A stretch of 64,000 nucleotides of DNA from Candidatus Thorarchaeota archaeon (GTDB lineage: Archaea; Asgardarchaeota; Thorarchaeia; Thorarchaeales; Thorarchaeaceae), in contig JBHLRP010000004.1 of assembly GCA_048882485.1 (NCBI GenBank), positions 46,896 through 110,895 on the forward strand. Direction: 5' to 3'. Shown here piece by piece: positions 46,423 through 56,596 of the stretch. The notes under the pieces were generated by a model that made no database searches, was not told where the DNA came from, and was given only the letters and a program-made list of their open reading frames with translations. Position 1 is the first letter of the stretch; every line of letters begins with the position of its first letter. The position numbers were made by a program, and so were the translations under genes.

Positions 46423-48177
46423 GTGATGGACGAACTATATTGGCAGAAAGGCCCAAGGTGGCCACCTACTGCAAGAACGACATTGGAATATCCAAAGGAA
46501 CCACTGTATACCATGCTTGACAGGACCGCTGAGAAAAGCGGAGATCTGCCCTTTACATGGTTTATGGGAAAGACAGAATCCTTTGCTGAGGTTCGAGATC
46601 ATGCTGATAGGATAGCAAACTTCCTATCTACTCAAGGAATCAAACCGGGTGATCGAGTAGCGGTTTTCCTGCCTAATGTACCGCACTTTCCACCGGTGTT
46701 CTTTGGAGCACTGAAAGCAGGAGCGAAGGTTGTGACCTGCAACCCCATGTATAAAGCAGGAGAGCTAAACTATCAACTCACGGACACGGGAGCTGTAGCT
46801 GTCTTTGTGTTGGACCACCCAACTTTCACGCCGACTTGCTATGAGGCTATCAAGAGTACAGATATTGAAACAGTAGTGGTCTGCAGTCTGAAGTCATTCA
46901 TACCAACAGTCAAGGCATTCCTAGGAGGTCTTACGGGTAGGATTCCAAAGAGCGGGTACTATGAAGAGGACAAGACTTTCTTCTACGATGACATTATTGC
47001 TGAATATGAACCTAAGTCACCTCAAGCAGACTTGGACCCCGATGATACTGCAGTTCTCATCTATACGGGAGGGACCACGGGAACTCCGAAGGGAGCTGAG
47101 TTAACTCATGTCAATTTGGTATCGAATATTCTGCAAATCTGTGAGTGGGTCTATCTTGAACCTCCGGATGTTGAGGATGCGGGAGGAATCAGATACGAAG
47201 AGGAGGTCTTTGTTGGAGCAGTTCCGTGGTATCACAGCTACGGACTTACTACAACTCTATTGTTGGCAGTATGGAATGCAGGCCAACTTGTGTGTATCCC
47301 AGATCCTAGGGCAGGTAAACCCCCTCTATCAGACTTGCTCAAGGATTTGGAGAAGAGCAAAGGAACGTCATTGAATTGTGTGCCAGCCCTATATGCAGGC
47401 ATTGCTACCCATCCCGAAGTGGGCAAATACGACTTGACCAATGTAAGGATATGCAGCTCTGGAGCTGCGCCATTACCGCCTGAGCTAGCCAATGCGTTCG
47501 AAGCAGTGACTGGAGCCCTTCTTTTCGAGGGCTATGGTCTGACTGAAACATCCCCAGTGACTCATATGAACCCGTTTAACTCACGGAACCGCAGGTTTGG
47601 CTCTATTGGACTCCCAATTCCAGACACAATATGCAAGATAGTGGATCTTGAAACTGGGACTAAGGAGATGCCTATTGGGGAGATAGGAGAGATAGCTATT
47701 CATGGCCCCCAGGTAATGAAAGGATACTATGGGAAACCCGAGGAAACTGATAACGTGATGCGCAACATCAATGGCAAGCGTTTCTTCCTAACTGGAGATG
47801 TGGGACACATGGATGAAGAGGGCTACACCTACATCAGTGACAGGAAGAAGCAGATGATCAATGTTGGTGGTCTGAAGGCATACCCGAGAGAGATAGAAGA
47901 CATCTTGTTCACGCATCCGAAAATTCAGCTGGCTGCTGCAGTGGGAATTCCGAGAGATGATGACCCAAGCAACGAGTTCGTCAAGGCGTATATAGTCTTG
48001 AAAGAGGGCGAGTCTGCGACAGAGCAGGAGTTCATCGATTGGGCGAGGGAGAAGATGGCGGGGTATAAGAGACCCAAGGAAGTTGACATTGTCGACTCGC
48101 TACCCCTTAGCAACGTAGGGAAAGTCTTGCGCCGAGTACTGAGAGAAGAGGAAATCAAGAAGCGCAGTGGCAAATAG
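46423..48177 (+). CDS. Long-chain acyl-CoA ligase, tandem paralog
   Basis: Same motifs as the upstream ligase and collinear with it. Confidence 0.95.
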   Translation: MMDELYWQKGPRWPPTARTTLEYPKEPLYTMLDRTAEKSGDLPFTWFMGKTESFAEVRDHADRIANFLSTQGIKPGDRVAVFLPNVPHFPPVFFGALKAGAKVVTCNPMYKAGELNYQLTDTGAVAVFVLDHPTFTPTCYEAIKSTDIETVVVCSLKSFIPTVKAFLGGLTGRIPKSGYYEEDKTFFYDDIIAEYEPKSPQADLDPDDTAVLIYTGGTTGTPKGAELTHVNLVSNILQICEWVYLEPPDVEDAGGIRYEEEVFVGAVPWYHSYGLTTTLLLAVWNAGQLVCIPDPRAGKPPLSDLLKDLEKSKGTSLNCVPALYAGIATHPEVGKYDLTNVRICSSGAAPLPPELANAFEAVTGALLFEGYGLTETSPVTHMNPFNSRNRRFGSIGLPIPDTICKIVDLETGTKEMPIGEIGEIAIHGPQVMKGYYGKPEETDNVMRNINGKRFFLTGDVGHMDEEGYTYISDRKKQMINVGGLKAYPREIEDILFTHPKIQLAAAVGIPRDDDPSNEFVKAYIVLKEGESATEQEFIDWAREKMAGYKRPKEVDIVDSLPLSNVGKVLRRVLREEEIKKRSGK

Positions 48178-48795
48178 GTGCTAGACTTGAATTGGAGGAA
48201 AATTGGGGCAATTTGTGGGATTCTTGCCGGGCTGCAGTTTGTTGTCCTATCGTTTGCTGACATGCTGATCTACCCGGGTGGATACAACTTCTTTGAGAAT
48301 TACTTTAGCCAGCTGGGTCTGTCAGTGATAAACAGTGTCGATACTCCACTCAATTGGTTCCTGTTCGCCACGGCAACAACTCTCGGAGGAATATTCACTG
48401 TTCCATTCTATCTGTCAATCAGAACTGTGTTCACGGAAACAGGAGTGCAGAAAGCCCTCAGCGGACTGGGAACAGCACTTGGCGTTTTGGCTGCACCATG
48501 TCTAGCAGGAATTGGGATCTTTGCAGCTGACCTATTTCTCTTTGAACATGCATGGTCAACCATCATATTCTTTGTACTCACTGCGATTGCCATTGCCACG
48601 TACTCAATAGCAATTCTCCTGAAGAGCGATTATCATAACCTGTATTCCCTAATTGGAATCATTGTCGCAATCATATGCTTGTTGCATATCTACGGTCCAG
48701 GATTTGGCACTGCAATCATGCAGAAGGCTGCGGTCTATGCGCTAGTGTCATGGTCTGCGTTCCAAGGATATGAGCTAGGGAAAATGGTCCAGTAG
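48178..48795 (+). CDS. DUF998-like membrane protein
   Basis: YPGGYNFFENYFSQLG motif, about 6 TM; starts immediately after the ligase stop. Confidence 0.7.
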   Translation: MLDLNWRKIGAICGILAGLQFVVLSFADMLIYPGGYNFFENYFSQLGLSVINSVDTPLNWFLFATATTLGGIFTVPFYLSIRTVFTETGVQKALSGLGTALGVLAAPCLAGIGIFAADLFLFEHAWSTIIFFVLTAIAIATYSIAILLKSDYHNLYSLIGIIVAIICLLHIYGPGFGTAIMQKAAVYALVSWSAFQGYELGKMVQ

Positions 48796-48806
48796 CGATA
48801 GTCTGA

Positions 48807-49787
48807 TTACCTCTGAATCTCTCCGGGAAGGATGTAGGCATAGTACCTTCTAAGAATCTTAGTGCGAATAAAACGATGTAGTCTTCGCATACGAAGGTAG
48901 AGCTTCCAGGTAGATGCATCATCCTTGTAGTAGTCCTCTACCTCTTCGTAGACAATAGGAGCAATATTGAGGGTACTAGCTTCGGTAGATAGAAATTCAT
49001 TGGCAACCTCTATGAGTAACGGAACGAGCTCTGGTCTTTGTTCCTTGAAGAAGTTGGCAACAAGGTCAATGATTACCTTCCGAAAGTCGTAGTATCTGTT
49101 CACGATGTCATCAAGGTAGAACTTCTTCAAGATGTATCGAACACCCGGTGGTGTCGGTCTAAGGAACAACTCTACATCCAGTTGCTCAACCTCATTCTCT
49201 CTGAAGAGCGGCGTGCTGGTATCTACGTAGACCAGGTCGACTCCTTCACGTATGCCCTCTGAGATAACACGTGGGTCCTTGACTGCCCAGTTGGAAACCT
49301 GACCATCAATTGCCACCTCGACAACCGACTTCTGTCTTTCATTGAACTCCCACACCTTGAGGAGCTGACGTAGAATAGTCTTGACTAAAGCCATGATCTC
49401 CTCCTCAGAAACGGTCTGGATGATTTTATCACCAATTGACTCTGCAGCTAGTTTTCGTTGCCAAAGATATAGCACCAACCTCTTGTCATCGGTCGTCACG
49501 GTAGTTGCACCGAATTCAGGCAACTCGATTCCAATCTCCTGCAATCGCTCATGATACCTGAAGTAAACGTCTGAATACTGCTCAATCTGCTTATGAGTGT
49601 CGAACAGTGGCATTCGCTTGAATGCAATATCTGATTGGGACTCATGATGAATCTCAAAGACGGTGCTAATCTCTCCATATCCAAGGACTCCAGCTGGGAT
49701 AGGTGATTCCTCAGGCTTGGCTGGATTCAGCTTTTCTTCAAACTCTTTCAAAAGAGCCAAATCAATCTCTATTGTCATATCCATCAT
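48807..49787 (-). CDS. DUF6206-like protein, probable protein-kinase-like fold
   Basis: LGYGEISTVF, IAFKRM, IDGQVSNW, VYVDT in kinase-like order. Confidence 0.65.
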   Translation of the reverse strand: MMDMTIEIDLALLKEFEEKLNPAKPEESPIPAGVLGYGEISTVFEIHHESQSDIAFKRMPLFDTHKQIEQYSDVYFRYHERLQEIGIELPEFGATTVTTDDKRLVLYLWQRKLAAESIGDKIIQTVSEEEIMALVKTILRQLLKVWEFNERQKSVVEVAIDGQVSNWAVKDPRVISEGIREGVDLVYVDTSTPLFRENEVEQLDVELFLRPTPPGVRYILKKFYLDDIVNRYYDFRKVIIDLVANFFKEQRPELVPLLIEVANEFLSTEASTLNIAPIVYEEVEDYYKDDASTWKLYLRMRRLHRFIRTKILRRYYAYILPGEIQR

Positions 49788-49791
49788 CCTT

Positions 49792-51084
49792 CTACATAGC
49801 TAGGTTTCTAGCCAACTCTAGGTAGTCGGGACGCTCCTTTGCATATGCATAGGCCTTGTCCATTGCATCAACGATATACTCCACTTCCTCGTTCACCATT
49901 ATTAGGGGTGGGAGGAACTGCAGGACTGAGCGGTCATTGTCAGCATAGACAGCAAATACTCCGCAGTTGTAACCTGCGATACTCATCAATGGACCATACC
50001 CTATATCACTCATCTTGAGCCCCATGAATAGGCCCTTTCTCCTTATCTCAATAAGAATCTCCGAGTATCGCTCCATGACAGATTCTAGACCAGAAACCAG
50101 ACTATCGCTCACTCGATTGACATTGTCAAGGAATTTAGCTTGGGATGTGATATCAAGCACTTTGGCAGCCACAGGACAGCCTATCTCAGCCCCTCCGAAA
50201 GTTGAAACATGGATGAAAGGATGTTCGTTCATGAATGGGTCCAGATCTTCTCTATAACAGGTGGCAGTTATTGGATAAACCCCTCCCGCAAGTCCCTTTC
50301 CTATCGCAAAGATATCTGGAACAACATCATAGTGTTCATAGCCCCACAGCTTGCCAGTCCGACCGAGGCCTGTCTGAATCTCATCAAGAATCAGTAGCAC
50401 ATCATTTTCATCGCAAATCTCCCGAATCCTCTTATAGAAATCGTCTGGCGGAAGTGGCACCCCAAGAGTAGCGGGAATGGTTTCAAACAGTACGGCAGCT
50501 GTTTCGCAGTCTATAGCTTTGGCGACAGCATCAGCATCGCCGAATGGAACATCTACAAATCCGGGAGCCAGAGGCTCGAATGGTGCCTTGAAATGAACAT
50601 CTCCTGCTGCTAAAGCAAGTCCGGTGTGCCCGTGATATGCAGAGGTCGCATAGACAATTTTGTGCTTCTTGGAATGGCCTCTAGCTAGCTTTATTGCGAA
50701 GTCAATCGCCTCGCCACCCCCCACACCAAAGACGGTCCTAGTAATCTCTGGTGGAGTGTGTTCAGCAAGCTTCTTTCCCAGCATTGCACGCTGTTCACTC
50801 ATTAAATGGTGATTCCCAATATCAAGTTCCTCTAGAGCTGCTCTCATGGCTTTCAAAATCTCAGGGTGACGATGCCCTAGATTGAAAACCCCACCGTTGC
50901 AATGACAGTTGATGAGCTTCTTCTCACCAGTGACATCCCACATCCAAGGCCCTTCTCTTTTGCCAAGAACGAAGTTTAGATCTACCATGCCATAGAAGTC
51001 AGCCTTACCTGATGACACGTGTGCTGCAAAGTCTCTGATAATCTGTTCCTTTGGTGTCCCACCTGTATGCACCATTTGCATCAC
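49792..51084 (-). CDS. Class III PLP-dependent aminotransferase
   Basis: GGGEAID, AYHG, LDEIQTGLGRTG, GKGLAGG (PLP lysine), STFGG. Confidence 0.93.
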   Translation of the reverse strand: MMQMVHTGGTPKEQIIRDFAAHVSSGKADFYGMVDLNFVLGKREGPWMWDVTGEKKLINCHCNGGVFNLGHRHPEILKAMRAALEELDIGNHHLMSEQRAMLGKKLAEHTPPEITRTVFGVGGGEAIDFAIKLARGHSKKHKIVYATSAYHGHTGLALAAGDVHFKAPFEPLAPGFVDVPFGDADAVAKAIDCETAAVLFETIPATLGVPLPPDDFYKRIREICDENDVLLILDEIQTGLGRTGKLWGYEHYDVVPDIFAIGKGLAGGVYPITATCYREDLDPFMNEHPFIHVSTFGGAEIGCPVAAKVLDITSQAKFLDNVNRVSDSLVSGLESVMERYSEILIEIRRKGLFMGLKMSDIGYGPLMSIAGYNCGVFAVYADNDRSVLQFLPPLIMVNEEVEYIVDAMDKAYAYAKERPDYLELARNLAM

Positions 51085-51145
51085 TCTGACAAATGGTGTC
51101 CTACGTGATAGTCACGTATCTTTCTTTCTGTCAATAAAATGCAGA

Positions 51146-51910
51146 CTATATTCTCTCAAAGGTAGCGTGGATTGTGGCACCGCAATAGTTACATCTGGCC
51201 TCAAGTGGCCCTGTCCATTCCAGTGTGCTTTGTGATAGAGCTGCACTGCAGTTTGGACACTTGCTTGGCACACGGACAGTTGTAAGGTCACTTCCATCGG
51301 CTCTCGTACTTCCTCGGTGTTCATCAGGAATGGCAAAGGGAGGCGCACTTATGGTAAACGACCTTCGACGGCGGTAATACTGCTGAGCTCCAGGGCCTCT
51401 GCCACGTCTTGCCGCGAATATGCATGGGAAGATGATGAAGATGAAAGGTACGGTGAACAGCAGAATCATCCAATTGGCTGAAAGGAAAGAACCAACTCTC
51501 GCGCCAAGAACATGTCCTTCATCGTATACACCAATGTCATAGAAGCCAGACGTGTCGCCATAGACCGAGTTCTCCTCGAGCCTGATATAGACTGTCGCAT
51601 CTGATAATAGGTCAAACCCTATTTCTGGAAAATTGCCCGCGGTCAGACCATTCTCCGCTATGATATCAGTGAAAGAACTGTCAGTGGCAACATCGATTCT
51701 GACTTGAAGCCCCCAGAAGGCATCCGAAGTGACAATGACTGTCCATTGGCCTGCAGTCAGACTCGCCATATAAGTCACAGACTCTTCGCCCAAAAGATGC
51801 TCCATTGTTCTAGCGACATTTGGTTCAAGATTTGATTGCGCTGTGACTGGACTGATAAAAACTAAGGCCAATAAGGCACAGGTGAATAGAAGGACTGGTA
51901 CTCTTCGCAA
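51146..51910 (-). CDS. Single-pass membrane protein with cytoplasmic zinc ribbon
   Basis: Signal peptide, beta-rich ectodomain, TM, Arg-rich linker, CPNC...CNYC. Confidence 0.75.
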   Translation of the reverse strand: MRRVPVLLFTCALLALVFISPVTAQSNLEPNVARTMEHLLGEESVTYMASLTAGQWTVIVTSDAFWGLQVRIDVATDSSFTDIIAENGLTAGNFPEIGFDLLSDATVYIRLEENSVYGDTSGFYDIGVYDEGHVLGARVGSFLSANWMILLFTVPFIFIIFPCIFAARRGRGPGAQQYYRRRRSFTISAPPFAIPDEHRGSTRADGSDLTTVRVPSKCPNCSAALSQSTLEWTGPLEARCNYCGATIHATFERI

Positions 51911-51949
51911 TTTTCCGTCTCCAGTGAACTGTCCTGAAATAATAGGCCC

Positions 51950-52480
51950 TTAAGATTTGTTGGCGTCTTTTGTTGTTTTTTTGTGCCTTCGACCCAGCTC
52001 TACATACATCTCGGCTCCAATCATGAAGGCTTCTTTCATCCCCTCGGAGACCTCCTTCACCACCTTCCCAGGAACTCCTAGAACTAGGCTGTTGTCTGGA
52101 ATCACCTTGTTTTCAGTCACAACCGATCCCGCACCTATCACACAGTCGGCTCCAACTTTGGCACCTGTTAGAACCACGGCACCCATTCCAATAGCTGTGC
52201 GATCGCCAATCTCACATGCATGAATCACGCTGTTGTGCCCAACTGTTACATATTCTCCAATCGTTGTGGGATTGAAGGGAGTGACATGAACTGTGCAATT
52301 GTCTTGGATAGACGATCCCTTTCCAATCATAGCTTTGTTGAAGTCTCCTCGAATTACTGCAAACTCCCATATGCTACAATCCTCGGCTATCTCAACATCG
52401 CCTATCACTGAGGCACGAGGGGATACATATGCTCGTTCATCGACTGATGGTGTCTTGCCTTCAAACTCATAGAATCCCAT
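51950..52480 (-). CDS. Gamma carbonic anhydrase family (hexapeptide repeat) protein
   Basis: VIRGD, IQDNCTVH, TVGHNSVIHAC, LGVPGK. Confidence 0.92.
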   Translation of the reverse strand: MGFYEFEGKTPSVDERAYVSPRASVIGDVEIAEDCSIWEFAVIRGDFNKAMIGKGSSIQDNCTVHVTPFNPTTIGEYVTVGHNSVIHACEIGDRTAIGMGAVVLTGAKVGADCVIGAGSVVTENKVIPDNSLVLGVPGKVVKEVSEGMKEAFMIGAEMYVELGRRHKKTTKDANKS

Positions 52481-52545
52481 TAGATGCACCTTAGAGCGGC
52501 AGTACACCCCTTGGTCTTTAAGCATATTGAAAAGGTGTAGCTGAT

Positions 52546-53187
52546 ATGCGGTCCAGGATACAAATGCCTGTTACGCCACTGCATTATCCCGCAGGATACA
52601 TTCTCTCCAAGACTAACAAGGGGCTCTCATTGCCGGGGCTTTTGGTGGGATCAGTTATTCCTGACATCGAAGTGCCTCTCATGTGGATCTTATTTCCAGG
52701 GGTCTGGGACCATTTGTTCTTTCATAGCCTGATTGGAGTATTCACAGTATGTACCGTGCTTGCTGTGGCAATCACACGGTTCATCTATCCCCCGGTCATC
52801 TCCTTGATTTTTGGAGTGGATCAAAGAGAATTGAAAGAAGCTTGTCAAGTCACTCCGGCTTTGATAGTTTCTTGCATGCTAGGCGCGCTATTTCATGTTC
52901 TGGTTGACATACCTATGCATCCGTTCAATCCAACGCTTTGGCCATGGGTGCCACCCAACGAGATTGTAGGCTCGGTAGTACTTTTCTTCGGAGAGGGCAG
53001 TATGCTTCTAGGATTTTCCAGAGCAAACATGCTCTTCTCGGTCATCATGGGTGCCCTTGGAGTTCTCATACTCATTGCGAACATCAACAAGAATCTCTGG
53101 GATGAAATCTGGCTCGGCTATAGCACATCGGGCGAGGACTATAACCGAACAGGTACAAACCACTCCTCCAGCGAGATTTGGGATTGA
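52546..53187 (+). CDS. DUF4184 / membrane metal-dependent hydrolase
   Basis: PVTPLH, GSVIPD, HS and HVLVD motifs. Confidence 0.8.
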   Translation: MRSRIQMPVTPLHYPAGYILSKTNKGLSLPGLLVGSVIPDIEVPLMWILFPGVWDHLFFHSLIGVFTVCTVLAVAITRFIYPPVISLIFGVDQRELKEACQVTPALIVSCMLGALFHVLVDIPMHPFNPTLWPWVPPNEIVGSVVLFFGEGSMLLGFSRANMLFSVIMGALGVLILIANINKNLWDEIWLGYSTSGEDYNRTGTNHSSSEIWD

Positions 53188-54077
53188 GTATCAAGAACGT
53201 CTTCATTCATGTAAAGCCTTCTTAGGAACTGATTATATCCTTCAACACTGTCTGTTCGTACCGTGGCAAAGAGACTGTAATCTTCGCTGGTTCGATGGAG
53301 GTCCCAAACTTCGTTCATCTTGCTCACTTTCTGAGCTGTCTGGGCAATCGTGCCAGGAGTTGGCTTAATTTGAAGAAAGAACTTGATTGGCAAGCCAATG
53401 TCTGTGAATTTGATATCGGCTGAATAGCCAACTATAGCTCCCCGATCTTCCAATCGTCGTATTGCCTTGGAAACTGCGGGTTGACTTAGACATGGTTCCA
53501 TCCTGTCACCAATCTCACTCTGAGATAGAGGGAACGGATTATCCTCAGTGGGAGCTTGGCGATAGATTATGCGCAACAAATCCCAGTCTTTTGATGACAC
53601 AAGTTTCGGTTGCACGGGTTGACTGTTCAATATATACCCATGAGTCTTGTAGGTTGTGAGGACTTGCACAAGCTGATATTTGTCGGCTTTGGCCTTTGCA
53701 ACAACATGGTCTACATTGTCAAGGAATTGAACAAAAGAACCGGATCCCCGGAATCGAAATAGGCCAAGGAGAGAGTGATCGCCAGAGATTCCATCCAAGG
53801 ACTCGAGCTCTGGCATATCGAGAAGGCCTGCACTTACATCAAGCTCTCGTGGATTGGTCTTCAAGAGGAGTATTGTATTGCGTTCTGCATAGACTTGAGC
53901 AGGATCAAACACAGTCACGTATGCCAAGATGACACGATTTCGTACGAGCTTCTTTATGGTTCGAGCAATCCAGTTTCTGCCCTTCCCTACCTTTTCACTC
54001 AAATCAGCAAGGCTTGACCTTGAGTTTCGCATCAAGTCCCATAGGACTTTTTGCTCGCTTTCCGTAATGTCTTGCAC
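53139..54077 (-). CDS. Lrp/AsnC family regulator with duplicated HTH-RAM unit
   Basis: Two HTH segments, each followed by a RAM-like domain (ISGDHSL; TSEDYSL). Confidence 0.85.
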   Translation of the reverse strand: MQDITESEQKVLWDLMRNSRSSLADLSEKVGKGRNWIARTIKKLVRNRVILAYVTVFDPAQVYAERNTILLLKTNPRELDVSAGLLDMPELESLDGISGDHSLLGLFRFRGSGSFVQFLDNVDHVVAKAKADKYQLVQVLTTYKTHGYILNSQPVQPKLVSSKDWDLLRIIYRQAPTEDNPFPLSQSEIGDRMEPCLSQPAVSKAIRRLEDRGAIVGYSADIKFTDIGLPIKFFLQIKPTPGTIAQTAQKVSKMNEVWDLHRTSEDYSLFATVRTDSVEGYNQFLRRLYMNEDVLDTQSQISLEEWFVPVRL

Positions 54078-54165
54078 TCTTCATGCCTCGATTCTGTGCA
54101 ATCTATTCCTTGCCAATATGATGGATTCATATATGTCCTCCTCTCCGCTTCCATCTGTGATTTAG

Positions 54166-55425
54166 ATGACTGACTATAAGGTCAAGGATATTGGTCTTGC
54201 CGAAGAAGGCCGGATGTTAATCGAATACGCTGAGAAGCACATGCCTGTATTGATGCATCTCAGGAAGAAGTACTCTGAAAGCAAGCCCCTGAAGGGAATG
54301 AGAATAGCTGGATGCCTCCATGTGACCAAAGAGACCGCTGTACTGGTTGAAACTCTTCGAGCAGCAGGCGCCGAAGTCGCGTGGTCTGGATGTAATCCAT
54401 TGTCCACCAACGACAAGGTGGCTGCTGGACTCGCCGCGAACAATGTGCCAGTCTATGCTTGGCACAACCTGAACAACGAGGAGTACTACTGGTGTATTGA
54501 GCAGACACTCAAGACCGAGCCTACCCTCACACTCGATGATGGTGCAGACCTCATCTTCACTCTTCACACAAAGCACCAAGAACTGATACCTAACCTCTAC
54601 GGGGGTTCGGAGGAAACCACCACTGGCGTGATTCGCGTCCGTGCGATGGCTGATGATGGCGCTTTGAAGTATCCGATTATGGCTGTCAACGACGCAGACA
54701 CCAAACACTTGTTCGACAACGTGTACGGAACAGGACAGAGCGTCTTTGATGGTGTCATGAGAGCTTCTGCCATACTGATTGCTGGCAAGACCGTGGTTAT
54801 TGGTGGCTATGGGTACTGCGGCCGCGGAATGGCTGAGCGTGCAAGAGGTCTTGGAGCAAACGTGATAGTGACTGAAGTGGATCCTATTCGTGCGTTACAG
54901 GCGCGGATGGATGGATTCAGAGTCATGCCTATGAATGATGCTGCTCCTGAAGGCGACCTGTTTCTGACCGCTACTGGTATGAAGGACATTATAACAAAGG
55001 ACCACTTCAAAGTCATGAAGGACGGTGCGATGTTTGGGAACGCAGGTCATTATAACGTCGAGATTAACGAACCAGACCTAATTGCGCTGAGTAAAGGTCC
55101 AAAGAGGCGAGTTCGCCATGCTCTTGATGAGTATGAGTTGAAAGATAGTCGTCGACTCTATATGCTGGGTGAAGGCCGACTAGTCAATCTTGCCGCTGCG
55201 GAAGGTCATCCCTCGGAGGTCATGGATCTCAGCTTCGCTAGTCAACTCAACGCCATGATGTGGATGACCAAGAATGGCAAGGATCTCAAGCCAGCGGTCT
55301 ACGAATTTCCGAAGGAACTCGATCAACAGACTGCCTTGGCGAAATTGGAAACTATGGGAATTAAGATCGACAAGTGGACTCCTGAGCAAGAAGCCTATGC
55401 CAAGGCTTATGCTGAAGGAACCTAG
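54166..55425 (+). CDS. ahcY: Adenosylhomocysteinase
   Basis: CLHVTKET, CNPLST, DDGAD, EETTTG, KHLFDNVYGTGQS, GYGYCGRG, GHPSEVMDLSF. Confidence 0.98.
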   Translation: MTDYKVKDIGLAEEGRMLIEYAEKHMPVLMHLRKKYSESKPLKGMRIAGCLHVTKETAVLVETLRAAGAEVAWSGCNPLSTNDKVAAGLAANNVPVYAWHNLNNEEYYWCIEQTLKTEPTLTLDDGADLIFTLHTKHQELIPNLYGGSEETTTGVIRVRAMADDGALKYPIMAVNDADTKHLFDNVYGTGQSVFDGVMRASAILIAGKTVVIGGYGYCGRGMAERARGLGANVIVTEVDPIRALQARMDGFRVMPMNDAAPEGDLFLTATGMKDIITKDHFKVMKDGAMFGNAGHYNVEINEPDLIALSKGPKRRVRHALDEYELKDSRRLYMLGEGRLVNLAAAEGHPSEVMDLSFASQLNAMMWMTKNGKDLKPAVYEFPKELDQQTALAKLETMGIKIDKWTPEQEAYAKAYAEGT

Positions 55426-55430
55426 ACGTC

Positions 55431-55466
55431 AGGGCAGGCATGTCCTGTCCTCCCCTCCATTTTCTT
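55431..55466 (+). terminator. Hairpin terminator after ahcY
   Basis: AGGGCAGG/CCTGTCCT stem followed by CCCCTCCATTTTCTT. Confidence 0.55.
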
Positions 55467-55469
55467 AAG

Positions 55470-56540
55470 CAACTGATGATCCTCCTTCTTAGTCTTGAAT
55501 CGATTTTATCGATTCCGAGGCATGATTCAATTTCATAGGCGCTCTAGAAACAACGATTGGGCTTTGAACCATCCAATCTTGGAGCTTCTTTCTCTGCTTG
55601 TTATCAGATAGCGGAGCCAAGAAATTCTATACTGCAACATCTTCTCGACTATATGTACATGCACTCCATCTCAACGAAATCCTGCCAGTTTGTATTGAGA
55701 GCGTAAGATATGACGAAATCAAGTTTGTCTGTTCAGGGAAATATCAACTGCTTCTTCATTTTGCTCAGAATCATCGTCATGTCGGAGCCTGAGTTGAGGA
55801 TTGTTGTCACCAATATCAAACAGATAAATGCAATCTTAGTGAATCTTCTACTGGAAAGCTGGCTCCACTTGTTGCAGGGAAGAAAGCTATTAATCTTTCG
55901 TTTGAACTGCAAGCTGACACAATGTCGATTGAAGTATTGCTGGGCGTTTCAGTGAATTCTGCTGCAATCCTCCTAAACTCAATAGGTTCAGAAGTTCGAG
56001 CAAAATGACCTTTTCAGAGAAGAATGTTCTACATTCCCTCGGGGGCCCCTGCAATAACATACCTTGAAACCCGTGGGAAAAGTCCAATACATCCTCGAAT
56101 TTGTCGTCCAATTCGGCGCTGACCTGAGTTAGCTGATCTTGAATCTCAAGGAGATCTTCCTCTCTGGCTCGCCTCAGCTGAATGAGCAGTTTCTTCTCTC
56201 AAAGGGAGTGTTTCGGTGGCACCCAGCTCAGGCGACTTTAATCATCCAGGGCTTCCAACTTCTGACTCAATTCATCAGCAAAGATCTGTGGATCCATTGC
56301 GCCTTCAAATGGGTTAAGAGATAATCCAGAATCGATTCCAGCGAACATGTCTTCCAACTTCTCAAATTTAGAGGTTTTAAACTCGAAAGAGAGGATGCAT
56401 GTACCCAGCCTCATTATCGAAGGCTGGCAAGGTCCGTTCGGAGTTTGATTCATCTGATCCTGACACCGATGCCATGATGCTATCGTTATAATATAGCAGG
56501 TTTTTTATCAAAGGATTGTCATAGAATTTGGACATCCTCG
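55470..56540 (-). pseudogene. Decayed gene of unknown function
   Basis: ORFs 56238-56453 and 55890-56111 lie in one frame, joined by protein-like sequence with TAA (56238) and TGA (56199) stops; further fragments occur in neighbouring frames. Boundaries approximate. Confidence 0.5.
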
Positions 56541-56596
56541 TGGTGCACAGGAGTGTGCAGAGGAAATAAGCCATCCTAAATACGGGGTGAAGATTA

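Noticed and set aside
56199-56201. In-frame TGA in the island ORF as selenocysteine
   Set aside because: The same frame also has a TAA at 56238 and apparent frameshifts, and there is no redox motif; ordinary decay explains it.
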